Assembly: GCA_951406725.2 (NCBI GenBank)
Contig: OX597830.1
Span: forward strand, 37,634,001 to 37,698,000
From: Octopus vulgaris
Taxonomy: Eukaryota
Length of the DNA: 64,000 bases
Direction of reading: 5' to 3'
The notes below the pieces were generated by a model, which was given only the letters and a program-made list of their open reading frames with translations, made no database searches and had not been told where the DNA came from. Position numbers and translations under genes: made by a program. Shown here one piece after another: positions 11,591 to 25,506 of this stretch (position 1 is the stretch's first letter; each line of letters opens with the position of its first letter).

Positions 11591-11706
11591 TCCCTCCTTA
11601 CTTTCTCATGTGCAACCCGAGATTTCTCAAAGGTATATATATACATATATATATATATACTTACACACAAGCACGCACACATACATATATAGATAGATAT
11701 CTTGAT

Positions 11707-11708
<2 letters not shown>

Positions 11709-11801
<93 letters not shown>
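11709..11801. repeat. (GA)n microsatellite
   Basis: Directly visible. Confidence 0.95.
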
Positions 11802-11803
<2 letters not shown>

Positions 11804-12203
11804 CTAGTGAGGCAGTCACACTAACAAGGGGCTCCCATTAAATTAAACTGAGTAATGATGTGTGCAGCAGCTACTGGTGAGCAATATCTGTTTTTTTTTT
11901 TAAGAATGAAATTATAACTGGTTTAATTGAAATTTTGAAATATATTGGAGTCATTGATGATTCAAAAGATAAAATGAATTTTGAATTAACGCTGCACATT
12001 TTTCTTCTATCTTTCATCATATTAACATATCAATATAATGTAATTTTAATCGTTCGTGTTAATCCCTTTCCCTAAGCAATTTGATCATTTTTCATTTAAA
12101 AAATTATTTTTAGGTAATTTGATCGGGTGTGATTGAATTGGTCTAGTAGCGCGTAAGTAACAATTATTGATCCAAATAGTTAAACAGATAGAAACACAAG
12201 CAC

Positions 12204-12460
<257 letters not shown>

Positions 12461-12728
12461 CGAGAGGCATGGCTACCATGTGGACAACCCTTAAGCTAGA
12501 AGAAGATACGCTATGTTCTAACCAATAAGAAATATCTTCACTCTCATTTTAAATATATATATATATATGCATATGTATATATGCTATTGTGTCTGGGGAG
12601 AGTCATTTTCTTTTTGTGCCTAATGATATAACACACTCACAGGTAAAATTTCCACTTTTTCTTATTTTAATTTTCCTAAAATTTTCGTTGCGTCTTGCAA
12701 CCTTTTCAACAGTAACTATTATATATGT

Positions 12729-13030
12729 GAAGCCGCATTGCTCAGAGGTTATAGCGTCGAGATTGCGAGCGTGAGGTTGTGACCCGGGGTGTGTGTTGCG
12801 TTCTTGAGCAAGATATATTATTTCACGTTGCTCCAGTTCACCCAGCTGTAGAAATAAGCTGTATCGGCCTTTGCCTTTCCCTTGCATAACATCGGTGGCG
12901 TGGAGAGCAGAAACTGGTATGTATGGGCGACTGCTGGTCTTACTTAAACAACTTTGCCCGAACTTGTGCCTCGGAGGGTAACTTTCTAACTGAAATACCA
13001 TGGTCATTCTTGACCGAAGAGGGTTACCCT
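12729..13030 (+). mobile_element. tRNA-derived SINE, family C (CORE-like centre), degenerate
   Basis: TTCTTGAGCAAGA...TTTCACGTTGCTCCAGTTCACCCAGCTG shared with 56360-56595. Confidence 0.65.
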
Positions 13031-13070
13031 TTTATATTCACACAGATATATATAAATATATATATACAGA

Positions 13071-13160
<90 letters not shown>

Positions 13161-13161
13161 C

Positions 13162-13193
<32 letters not shown>

Positions 13194-13194
13194 A

Positions 13195-13545
13195 ACTTAG
13201 ATAACTTAGACTGGTTTCGGCTATCATAGGCCCAGGCCATGGCTTACTTAATAGCACCACCTGGAAAAGTCTTCTAGTCAATCATTTAGAGACACCATGG
13301 ACCACTGAAGCAGTGAGTTGTTTTGGGTTGAGACGTATCCAGTTTTAGGTGGTTTATCCGGTATTTCCTGAGAAATTTGTCCATGTGCCGTTTGAAAGTT
13401 TCGTGGTTTTTTTCTTATTTAATTTCTTTAGGGTTAACATTGAAAAGAGCAGGAACATTTGTAGTAAAGAAATTGTGTTGCAATGTTCTTATGTGATGTG
13501 ATGTCGACCTTTGTAGGGGCCGCATTGCAAGGGGGCCTTAACTTG
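13195..13545 (-). mobile_element. CR1-group LINE 3' end remnant
   Basis: Minus-strand translation pieces PALFNVNPKEIK, FKRHMDKFLR, EIPDKPPKTGYVSTQNNSLLQW resemble CR1-type ORF2 C-termini; ends in a short tandem tail (TCTAAGTTA)x2. Confidence 0.6.
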
Positions 13546-16261
13546 GGGGAATTGTGTATATATAACGAATGTCATCTCAGGTAAGTAGATAGATTAATAA
13601 ATAGATAGACTGATTAATTGGTAGATAGATAGATTAAGAATTGACTTGAAATTAAATAATCATATCCATTATAAAATATTCACTCTGTTTATGCATCAGG
13701 AACCATACCATTATCTGCACCTCTATATTAATATTTATAACATTCGGTTACTGTTGAAGAGCAACATCTTAAGAAACGGACAGAGAAGGGTAGTACATGC
13801 CTTTTTATATATATATATATATATCAGGAGAGGATACAAATAAGTTATCGAAATATTGAAGCTTTTTCTAAAAACATTAACTCTGTACATAATGTGAGTT
13901 TGTCTGAACTGTAATTTGAAACTTCTTGCTGGAGAATTATCTTCTGGTCGTCGTCGCTCCTCAGAACTTTATGTACACACAGTTATCTACATAACTATTT
14001 TGTGTTTGCTCATTGATTAAAAGCGAGTTTGATTGATAAATTGCCTGGTTGCGTACACAAAAATGTTTCAGCATTTGGCTTTTTTCTCATATAATGATCA
14101 TCAGCCCTTAATACAGAAGGATTTGTAAACTTCCAAATATTTGTTGGAAGCTGTTTATTTTGTTTCATTTTGATTTTCCCGTTTCATCGATCGCCGTTGT
14201 TCCCGACAATATTATAACTCCAAACTTTATATGAAATATAACACACATGCATAGTGTGGTGTAAACTCACACATGCATACACTTTTCATACACAATGCTG
14301 CGACACACACACGCACACACACAGGAACATGCATACACGATTCACATATGAAACGAAATCAGTACTGTGACTGCGGTTACAAGTTCATGTTGTTTTGTCT
14401 TTCTTCAAATATTTACAGGAATATAGCGATGGAAACGATTTTAAATAACGGTCAAACCTGAACAAATAAGGTAGTGAAAAAGAAGAAGGGAAGTGAATGA
14501 AGCAACCTAAATGGAAAAATGTTTTGAAAAGATATCTAGCAAATATCAGAACTGCTATTTCTTCGTTCGGTAAATTAATGTCAAACTAATTAACTGAAAT
14601 ATGTGCTTGCAGCTAATAAGAAATTTCGATTACAAGTTAACTTTCATTGATTAATAACCCTGATAGATTACATTGAGCAAACAGACTGGTGGCGAATATT
14701 TGGTCTTTTGTTCCTGCAGTTCACACAGTCATTGTTGTTGACAACAAATGATCAATTTATCATTTGGGTCATTTCGATTTTTATTGGTAAATATCTAATA
14801 AACATCTGCTAACATCTGTATATCATGAGCAATTGCTTGTCAATCTGCAAACAGAGTGGTCACAGGCGCGTTACAGCTTTATCGTCTTTGCATAACATCT
14901 GTAAAAGAGTCAAATAAGGCTAACCGATATGCCACTTTATTGGCTTAACTAGTGCAGTATAGGCTAAACTTTTGAGTTACAGGCTTCAGCAGTGCGTAAC
15001 AAGTTCAGTCGTCATGGTACTCGTTCTTTTTTTTATTTTACCAGTGTCATTTCGATATATTTTGGACAATATATCGAAATGACTTGACATTTGACTGATA
15101 ACTCAGGCAAGACGTCAGATTTTCGTATGTGTACAGCATGGATTCTGAACGAATTTATGATCACGCTATCGCGTCTCGGATGGATGAATGACGAAATTAA
15201 GTTAAAGCAACATGAAACAATATCATACATTGACGCAAGATGGCTTTGTGATCAAGAACTTCCCGTCACAACCATATTGGAAAATATGAAGAAATCTATG
15301 TCGCTATGTCTCCTCTTACGGTCTACTTAGGTCACTTGTTTCGATGATTACATTTTACTTTTCCATATAATATCTTTCGGCAAATACAATTAGTACACAC
15401 TACAATGTAATGACATTAAATTACTCATAAAAGTAACTATCTAAAACTTATAATATTTATAAATTAGAGAAGAAATATTACTACAACATATTTGGTTATC
15501 ATGATAACAAGGTGATATAAGTTTGTAACAGTGTACAGTAAATCAGATTCATAAAGATTGGTGGATGGTTTTAAGAAATACATTAGTTTTAAACTGCCTA
15601 TTTTATGGCTAAAATTCTACCACACAATGGCAGTTCGCAGCAGTTTCAGCTAGAAATGTGTATTTTTCGAATGTTTATGACACCCTACACTTTATATCTT
15701 ACTTTCCCAATATTAGTCTTTCACTCTCTCTCTCTCTCTCTCTCCCATCCCCTCTCTATACAATAAATAACATGAATGGAAAAACCAACCAACGTTTATA
15801 TCGACTATTGTTATCTAGAGATAATCAAGATAATCAAATGTCAACATTCATATCATGTCTGTCCAGTTTCGCCTGTATCTTTTTTTTAAATTTCGTCATA
15901 TCAAACAGATGTTTGGTCACGTGGTTCGATATCCCATGCTGGAATTTGTATATGGTGTCATATTTGGTATGTATTTTTGCAAAGTCCTTGGTTCATTGTG
16001 AATGAAATTGTGTACGCGAACACTGCAGAGTTCCGTCTGATGGACAGTACATGTAATTCAATATTACAATTTAATCAAATGTCACATTGCTTCTTCACTC
16101 CAGTTTGGCCTGGGAACCCACTTTAGTTAAACTTAAATCTGTAGCGCTCATTCACTTCATACAAGCATTATATATCTCGTTTCAAATTCTCCGACTGGTC
16201 CCCTCCCCAAAAATTTTGGGCTTTGTGCCTAGAGTAGAAAAGAAAAATATTTTCTCATTTT

Positions 16262-16472
16262 AAAGGCGGCGAGCGGGCAGAAACATTAGCACGCCGGGCG
16301 AAATGCTTAGCGGTATTTCGTTTGTCTTTACGTTCTGTGTTCCAATTCCGCCGAGGTCGACTTTGCCTTTCATCCTTTCGGGGTCGATAAATTAAGTACG
16401 AGTTGCATACTGATCTAATCGACTGGCCCCCTCTCCCCAAAATTTAGGGCCTTGTGCTTATAGTAGAAAAGA
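16262..16472 (+). mobile_element. SINE family B (tRNA-like head + GCCTTTCATCCTTTCGGGGTCGATAAA central domain)
   Basis: Near-identical to 40276-40450; an extra copy of its 3' tail lies at ~16194-16245. Confidence 0.85.
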
Positions 16473-16579
16473 TTATATATGTCGTTTAGATATTGGCGTG
16501 GATAGTCATCCCTCGAAACTAGTGGGACTTCATTATCTCTCTCACTCTGTATCTCCCTCTCTCCTTATATCCCCATATA

Positions 16580-16645
<66 letters not shown>

Positions 16646-19210
16646 GCTGAGATCTTCCAAATGTAGATTTATCTTTTTCAGTATCAGATAATGTTTCTTT
16701 TTCTTAGTTTTTACTAGGAAATTTAAAGACAGCTACAACAGAATATGAACGAAATAACGAACGAAAAGAGTCTGAGTATTTTCCCCTGCGTACCAACGTT
16801 ACTTCCAATTTGCCGCCTCAGGAATTTGATATTGACACTCTTATTTATGGACAGATCTTTTAACACACATTTTGGGAGTATTTATAAATAAATTTTCCAA
16901 AGTTCTCAAACTTCGAAACATATGCTCGGAAAGAGAAGAGTATAAATTTTATTAGTACCTAAATTTAATACAAAACAAAAAAAAGTAGGCTAAATAAACA
17001 CATGCAGAGAAACTAAATATAATGAATAGTACAGAGGAAGTGAACCACAAATTGAAAAATAGCCCCAAGCCCAAAATTCTAAAAGCAATAATGCAATAAT
17101 GTTACAGAAGTTAATTTCATGATGTAAAAAGTATCAATATATTCATAAATTAAATTCCCTTGACAATTAAGAAGAGATATAATCAATGGAAAACAAGACT
17201 GGGTCAAATAGAAAAATGGCGAAATAGTAGAGTCTTTGTATGTATATATAAACTAGACATAATCTGTGAGAGATTTTCAGACGTATGTTGTATTTCTTCT
17301 CCATTTAAAAGATGTAGAAATATTATGTCTGGGATTAGTCTGCAGAAACATTTAGGATTATTTTTTAATATTTCATAAAATCTGTCTGATAGAGAAACAA
17401 GACAAAAGTGAAGATAAAAAGTTTATGATATTATTCTTCCACTAACATTCTGAAAGTAATTATATGAAATTGCGCAAGATTCCAAGTGTAGATGCTTTTA
17501 AGTTCAGATTAATTAATATCTGCCTTCTATACTACAGGCAGTATAGTATTATATAATATAGATTAATGAGATATTCAAAGAATTACGTCAGAGGAAATCT
17601 TCCTTTTTTTATTTGACAATCTCCTTCATAGACCAGAAAATATATTGTATGTGACAAATATTCAACAATACTTTTTCTTGAGATTCCATCGTCTAACATT
17701 TTCCTAATAACTATAGCACGTCTAAGCTTGTAAAAACAACATGTTGTCATTCATATAAGGAAACTCATCGAAATCTTATCTTTTGTTATGAAATACAATC
17801 TTCTCCAGTTGGATTTTAACTGTTAGATGTATATATTCTTCTGATACTAATACTAATGATTCGTAAAACAAGCCACGTGGGCTTTCACGCATAGACCATC
17901 GTTGAAATCTTTCTCCGTTATATATATCTATTACTAAAAATCACAGGATAGAAAAAGACTATTTATTTCTACGCGTTTCTATACTTTACATTTTCTATGT
18001 AATGACGGAGCATTATGCTTTTCCAAATTTTACAATGTCATACCAGTCAGGTATTTGGTTTAACTTGACTGAGAGCTCGCCCGTTGTTGAGGTCATGTAC
18101 CACTAATAAATGAACTGCACGGATAAAATCGCTTAACTGTCGTTCTGTACTTAAGACTCAGTCACTATTTGAATATGGGATATTAAAGGCGCGTTTTATT
18201 ATTTAAAATCAGGTCAATCTTAATTAATATGTTGAATATGTATAACAGGTAGAGCACGAGTTAAATAATATTGTGGAATTATCTTGAACGAAAATTGTAA
18301 ATCATTATCCACATAAAGAAAATAAAATTCTGAAACACCCCATATAAAACAAGTTTTTTGTTAATTGTCATAATATCTGAAGACAAGAGATTATTACAGT
18401 AAATGTCATAAAACAACAATTAGTTTCTGTTTCAAATTTCAATAATCTAGACTGGCTTCTGGCACATTCCATAAACCGTCGTATATTTTCCTCCTCTGAC
18501 TAATTGTAGTCACAACTATGAATGCTGGCCCACGTCTATGTGATACATAGCTTTTTCAAACCTACATTGCTACAAATCAATTGAAGAAGCTGCTTCCTTT
18601 AGTTGTTTGGCGACACAATATATCCCTGTCGAAATTCCTACACATTGACATTACTTGCGTTAATTTATCATAATTCAATAATCAAATGATAAATCTTGGA
18701 ATAATTTCGGAAAATGTGGTTTCAAGGTAATTTCCATTAATAATACTTGCATTTTTCTGACTAGAAGGCCCTGGCATGGCAGATGTTTTGTTATAGATTG
18801 CTTAATTTGACATCGTGTATTAGCTATCATGTAATTTATGGAGTTGGGTTGAAAAGCACGTATGTGTTATCGACTTTTATAATATACTGACACCTTAATT
18901 TCATTTCTGAACAACGATATCATCTATCAGAAGGTTGTATTACTCTGAATAATAATGTGGCAGACTATATGCTTCACAAAATTCATTCCCATCTCATTCT
19001 TATTTTTATTTTTTTACCTCAGCAAAGAGCCCTAGCCATGCTGGAGCACCACTGCCTCCACTTAGATGAATAATTAAACAAATGGATGCCTATGCTTATT
19101 ATCGATCTGTTACGTATTTTGCCCACGTTCTTCTTGTTTTCTTTTTGTGTTTTTGCCACAAAGCTAAGTTATAAGGATCTAAATAAACTAACACTATATA
19201 TATATACGTA

Positions 19211-19319
<109 letters not shown>

Positions 19320-19340
19320 GTATATATATATATACTTTAT

Positions 19341-20703
19341 TTTACCACACACCGAACTTTTAGAAATAGCAGCCAAAAATTTTTAGCGATTTCCTTTACG
19401 ATAAGAAAAGTCTCCCAGACAATGTATACTCAAAAATAATTCACGCAGGTATAGAGGGAAAAATAACGAAAGATCACACGTACATCGATTACTTGAGAAC
19501 GCCGTTTCTGGATTAGTTGGATATAGAGAACAACATTTCCGCCATCAACCCACGATTTCTTTAGATTTGGATTTGAGAGCACTAAAAATCGAACATACCC
19601 GTCTGATATGAGTAATCCCAGAAAAACCATCTTCGACCGCTAGTACTAACGAATTCAAAAAGTACGAATGAGACTCCGTAACCTCCCTCGTCCACCCACG
19701 TGTGTTATAGAGCAGTAAGTCGCTACAGAGGGATCTGTAGTTTATTATCAGGGAGAGAGAATTATATTGTCAATAATAAAAGGGTAAAATTAATTAATTA
19801 TTAATTATCAATTTTACAAAGTAGTGTTCAGTATGTAAAAATACCATTTACGGTATATTTAAAACATTACGTTATATAATTAGGGTTCAGTAAAATAATT
19901 TACTTTACCACACACCGAAATTTTAGAAATAGCAGCCCAAAAAGTTTAGCTATTTCCTCTACTATAAGAAAAGTCTCCCAGACAATGCATACTCAAAAAT
20001 AATTCAGTAAAGTAAATTATTTTACTGAACCCTAATTATATAACGTAATGTTTTAAATATACCGTAAATGGTCTTTTTACATACTGAACATTACTTGGTA
20101 AAATTGATAATTAATAATTAATTAATTTTACCCTTTTATTATTGACAATATAATTCTCTCTCCCTGATAATAAACTACTGATCCCTCTGTAGCGACTTGT
20201 TGCTCTATCACTCACGTGGGTGAACGAGGGAGGTTACGGAGTCTCATTCGTACTTTTTGAATTCGTTAGTACTAGCGGTCGAAGATGGTTTGTCTGGGTT
20301 TACTCATATCAGACGGGTATGTTCGATTTTTAGTGCTCTCAAATCCAAACCTAAAGAAATCTTGGGCTGATGACGGAAATGTTGATCTCTATATCCAATT
20401 AATCCAGAAACGGCGTTCTCAAGTAATCGATGTACGTATGATCTTTCGTTATTTATCCCTCTATACCTGCGTGAATTATTTTTGAGTATACATTGTTTGG
20501 GAGACTTTTTCTTATAGTAGAGGAAATAGCTAAAATTTTTTGGCTGCTATTTCTAAACGTTCGGTGTGTGGTAAAGTAAATTATTCTACTGAACTCTAAT
20601 TATATAACGTAATGTTTTAAATATACCGTAAATGGTCTTTTTACATACTGAACACTACTTGGTAAAATTGATAATTAATAATTAATTAATTTTACCATTT
20701 TGT

Positions 20704-20708
<5 letters not shown>
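19341..20708. mobile_element. Inverted dimer of a ~564-bp tandem (circularly permuted) non-coding unit carrying a hammerhead; retrozyme/pLTR-like
   Basis: Left arm 19341-20006 repeats with period 563 (TTTACCACACACCGAA at 19341 and 19904); right arm 20007-20708 is the reverse complement with period 564 (GTAAAGTAAATT at 20007 and 20571). Confidence 0.85.
20361..20423 (+). ncRNA. Type-I hammerhead ribozyme motif, intact core
   Basis: CTTGGG-CTGATGA-C-GGA...TCC-A-GAAA-CGGCG-TT-CTCAAG; 6-bp stem I. The inverted copy (19492-19554, minus) has the core mutated to TTGATGG. Confidence 0.7.
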
Positions 20709-20749
<41 letters not shown>

Positions 20750-22164
20750 CACGGAAATCTACACCTGACAATTTCATTTACAACTCATTGGACAAAACAG
20801 AGATTTATAGGAGATATACACCCGGAACCACGTGAGTTTCGAGTGAAGTTCTTAACTACACAGGCACCCTGCTCGTATGGCGTATACATGAAGTCGTTTC
20901 AAATAGCTTCCCATTTATCTTCGTCATTCATCCAGCTGAATGCCGAAATGTGAGAATCAATTGTGTCAGGCCTCTACAGAACAATCATGCACATGGATGA
21001 TATCACGCCGGAATGATCAGAAATTGTTCGATTTAGAGCAAAATGTTTTCGTTTACTATAAAATCTATCTCCATGCAGACACATTCGTGATGCTGAATTA
21101 TTTAAATTCTTTCTAAAATATCAAGTGTTGGTTAATAAATGAACCAAAGTCATTCGTATTCACATTTAATAATTTGTCTTCTAACGAAGATACATTTGTA
21201 ACAAAGTAAAACAATAAACAACACACTTGAACCATTATTGAAATAGCTAAACGCATCATCAGATTATTATTTTTTTACATTATCCTATTATTCATTCTTA
21301 GTGTTTTGGTTTAAATATTTATAAGATATAGAGATTAATGAATTAACGCAATACTTTTTGTTCATGCAATATTTCTGTTTCACGTATTATTGCATTATCC
21401 CAGAGTTTTATAACAAGCACAAAGAAAGTTCCTAATTTATTTGGGGGAACAAGCGAGATGGGTGAGGTAAAGCTGATCTATCTTGTAAGCAATCATTTAT
21501 AGTGCATGTCTTTAAACAAGAAATTATGTATTGATAGCAGACGTGTCTCCTTCTATACATCTTTTAACACACGGTGACGATGTTAAAACATTATTTTATT
21601 GTAAGTACATATAAGTAGCAGCAACGTTTATTTGAGAATTTATTGTTTTGCTGAAGACGTTATTGATTTTTTAAATGTAATTCTGTGTCGCATCGAATAT
21701 TCATTATTCTCATGATGTTATCATAAATATGCAACATATAATATGCTACTAACATGGACGACAAAGTAAAAGCAATATAGACATTTACAATCATACATGC
21801 GAGGTAAAACGAAAAGAAAAAAAAAAACTTAAGGAAGTCATAAATATTTTGTATAAACTAAAATAAGAAATAAAACATTTATATTTGAGAAACTTAAGCT
21901 ACATTTGTTGTGTTTATTCGTATGTTAATTTGGTTATTTCTTTCGATAAAATATTATTGTTACAGGTGTGGCTTACTGAACATGATGTTTTTATAACTAA
22001 AAGTATGCTATGGACAATATCCTCATATATTTTATGGCTATTGTTATGTAGATTAGGAAGTTTCGTATAAAAAGTAACAGATGCAATGCAAAAGTGGCTG
22101 GAGACAAAACACACATTAAGACAATATACAAAAGCATACACATATGTGTGACAGTATGGTTATA

Positions 22165-22360
22165 CATACATACATACATACATACATACATTCATACATA
22201 CATACACACATACATACATACATAAATACATACTACATACATACGTACATACATACATACATACATACATACATACATACATACATACATACATACGTAA
22301 ATACATACTACATACATACGTACATACATTTTTAATACATGCATGCATACATGCATAGAT
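22165..22360. repeat. (TACA)n microsatellite
   Basis: Directly visible. Confidence 0.95.
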
Positions 22361-22369
22361 ACATATTAC

Positions 22370-22795
22370 TACCGGCCACTTCGAAGGATATACATTTGCA
22401 GTCCAGGAACAGGGAATATCAACCAAATACCCTGATGCACAAAAAGAACAGAGATGTAGGGAAAGCTGTAAAATGTGACAACCGACGTAGAATTTGTGGA
22501 GTTAATACCGAAGATATCACCCACATCAAAATCTATTGTCCGAAAATATTATCACGGTAAATCTACTCATGACACATGATGTTGTAGCTAGGACACTGTA
22601 TAACGAGATCCGTCGAGAGGATTAACCCTAGAACAAAGATATAAATTCCACAGTATGGTGGAACCCATAACCATTCACAATAAAAAGAAATGTGGAATGT
22701 TCCAGTGAAAGCCTCAATAAAGTGTAAACACGATTGTCCTGATATAATGATTTGGGATAGAGAAGAGAAACAAAACTTACAAAATATGCACGTAT
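22370..22795 (+). pseudogene. Decayed R4-like RLE-LINE C-terminal fragment
   Basis: Frameshifted peptides EGYTFAVQEQGISTKY, CDNRRRICGVNTEDITHI..CPK, HDVVARTLYNEI, WNVPVKASIKCKHDCPDIMIWDREEK follow the motif order of the intact ORF. Confidence 0.7.
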
Positions 22796-22849
22796 ACATA
22801 CGTACACACACATACGAAATAGTCACCGTGCGCAGCAATACACCGATCC

Positions 22850-23215
22850 AGTATCCCTGCCAATTTGGGAATTGTAGGCTGTAGTATACAGAGCCACCCT
22901 TACATCACCCGGCACTATACGGGTATAACAGCCAATGACTTCAAGGGAAGGTACTCGCTGAAATTGCATTCATTTAGATCCGAGGACAGAGACAAATTCA
23001 TTTTCCAGTCGGGCTTTCTCTGGAGACGTCGTCACTTTCGAGACGAAACACCCAGCATCAAGTGGACTATTATCAATATGGCACCACTACATTCACTCGA
23101 TGTCATTAATTACAAGCTGTGCATTCATGAAAAGCAGTGTATCATCTACCAGCCCGCAGTATCCATCAACAAGAAATATGTGGTATCGTATTGTTGTCAC
23201 TAGAGGTACACCCTT
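22850..23215 (+). pseudogene. Decayed Penelope-like element GIY-YIG endonuclease region
   Basis: HYTGITANDFKGRYSLKLHSFR ... IKWTII ... YKLCIHEKQCII ... SINKK ... CCH matches the PLE pattern YIG.T...FK.RY..H..SF ... I.W.I ... C.LC..EK..I ... LNK ... C.H. Confidence 0.7.
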
Positions 23216-23852
23216 CAGAGTACCAAGGAGTCTGAATCAAACTGTTTTGATCTATACATGCAACTCCCAATAAATGAGCTAAGTGCCTTTCGTTCCGTTG
23301 TCTAACAGTTAAACATACGTCGGCCACTGTTGAGTTTAGACATCAACGTAGATTACCATCGGACAGTCCAATTCCAGTTTAGTTGTTTTATCTATTATTG
23401 TGCTTTGTAGCTTTAGAGATATATGTATGTGTGTATGTATATATATATATATGTGTGTGTGTGTGTATATTTCATATACATAAGAGAGAGTGCCTGTAGT
23501 GTATACGTGTGTGAAAGAATATTTACTGAACATAAAATAGTTTCACGCTCAAAGTGATTTATTATGCTAATAAAGCGTAATACAGCAGTAATACACGACT
23601 GACTATGGGAAATACAAACCGAAATCAGCACTTACAGTAACTAAGCTCTGAGAGTAGATCAGCTTCCAGAGATTTTGAGCCCTAAAGTCAGGATCAATTT
23701 GTATCCAACCCATTACACAGCATTTGGTACCGGAAAAGGCTGCAAATCAAAATGTGATATATACACAATATTTCATACATATGATATTAACTCGACAGAA
23801 TATAGCGGCATAGATTGTAGTAAATTGCAACATCTCCGGGAATTCTTACTCT

Positions 23853-23902
<50 letters not shown>

Positions 23903-24198
23903 CCGAATGTAGAGATTTCACTATGTAGTTGTCATTTAACTGCAAAATTAAGTATTCAGTTAATATTAATTAGTTGAATTTAATATCGTAATATCCATTG
24001 ATGTACGAAAAGCCTTTCCAATGACTACATAAGTATATGTACACATATCATCATACACACAGACATATATGCTTACAAAGATAGAGATGTAGATAGACGT
24101 AGATAGGAAGATAGACAGTTAGATAGACAAACAGAAAGATGGATAGATAGATAGATAGACAAACAGACAGATAGATAGATAGTTACATGGATAGATAA

Positions 24199-24286
<88 letters not shown>

Positions 24287-24807
24287 CGATATGTATGTAG
24301 GCATACTACCAACACCATACTTGTAAATTGAACTGTAATTTCACAATAATTACGCCAAGGATAAACTAGGATCAGGTGAGGTGTTTCTAATCTTTAATGA
24401 AATTTCTCTACCAAACTTGAACAACCTAACGTATCTTTAAACATCGCTGTATACGGTGTCATTAAATAGAATAATGCAATTTCACATGCATATGCAGTAT
24501 TTATTCGTTAATTCTTTTATCCATTTCGGAACAGATGTAAGCCTCTCAGCCACAAATGCAAGTGTAACTTAGACCTAATTTAAAAGAGTGGGTGGTGGGG
24601 ATTAAAGAACAGATGCCTGATTATTACACAATACCTGCGTGAATAGAATAGGTTAGAGTAGGCATCAATTTAATTAAATTCATTGGTTATCAACATCTTA
24701 TCACCACACGAATTATCTATTTTAATTACAAGGAGCGAAACTGTGTATGTGTGTGCATGTGTACAATATATACACGTACATGCATGATATATGAACGTAT
24801 GTATATC

Positions 24808-25024
24808 TTTCTCTTTTCTCTTTTACTTGTTTCAGTCATTTGACTGCGGCCATGCTGGAGCACCGCCTTTTTAGTCGAGCAAATCGACCCCAGGACTTAT
24901 TCTTTGTAAGCCTGGTACTTATCCTATCGGTCTCTTTTGCCGAACCGCTAAGTAACGAGGACGTAAACACACCAGCATCGGTTGTCAAGCGATGTTGGGG
25001 AGACAAACACAGACACACACACAC

Positions 25025-25065
<41 letters not shown>

Positions 25066-25206
25066 CGACGGGCTTCTTTCAGTTTCCGTCTACCAAATCC
25101 ACTCACAAGGCTTTGGTCGGCCCGAGGCTATAGTAGAAGACACTTGCCCAAGGTGCCACGCAGTGGGACTGAACCCGGAACTGTGTGGTTGGTTAGCAAG
25201 CTACTT
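24808..25206 (-). mobile_element. SINE family A, interrupted in its tRNA-like head (remainder at 27441-27478)
   Basis: Matches 142-533; sequence resumes at 27441 as GTTAGCAAGCTACTTACCACACAGCCACTCCTGCGCC. Confidence 0.9.
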
Positions 25207-25379
25207 TATTTCAAAACATTTGCCATAAAGGCAGTACACAGATTAAGTTAGCTTTGCGGGCTGGACGAGGACATTAATGAGGTGAATGATAATGAAAGAA
25301 AGATGATAAGGATGGGAGAAGACAAAAAGCGCCCGCCGGCTTTCGCTTCTCTTAAACATTGTTCTTTTTAAAGATAAAC

Positions 25380-25506
25380 ACAAAACGAGGTATTAAACCT
25401 CTTACAATTTTTCCAATTTTTGGACTTAGCAGTCCATTATTAATACAAAACGAGGTATTAATCCTCTTACAATTTTTCAATTTTTGGACTTAAGTCCATT
25501 ACTAAT
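25380..25506. repeat. ~65-bp tandem duplication at the ORF1 stop / 3' UTR
   Basis: ACAAAACGAGGTATTAA.CCTCTTACAATTTTT...TGGACTTA..GTCCATTA.TAAT at 25380 and 25445. Confidence 0.9.

Noticed and set aside
12670-12715. Hammerhead-like CTGTTGA...GTTGC/GCAAC-GAAA on the minus strand
   Set aside because: Core mismatch and no stem I pairing; at most a decayed remnant.
14600-15350. Possible hAT transposase remnant (minus); similar faint hints at 1020-1500 and 17000-18800
   Set aside because: Too degraded to support without tBLASTn/HMM.
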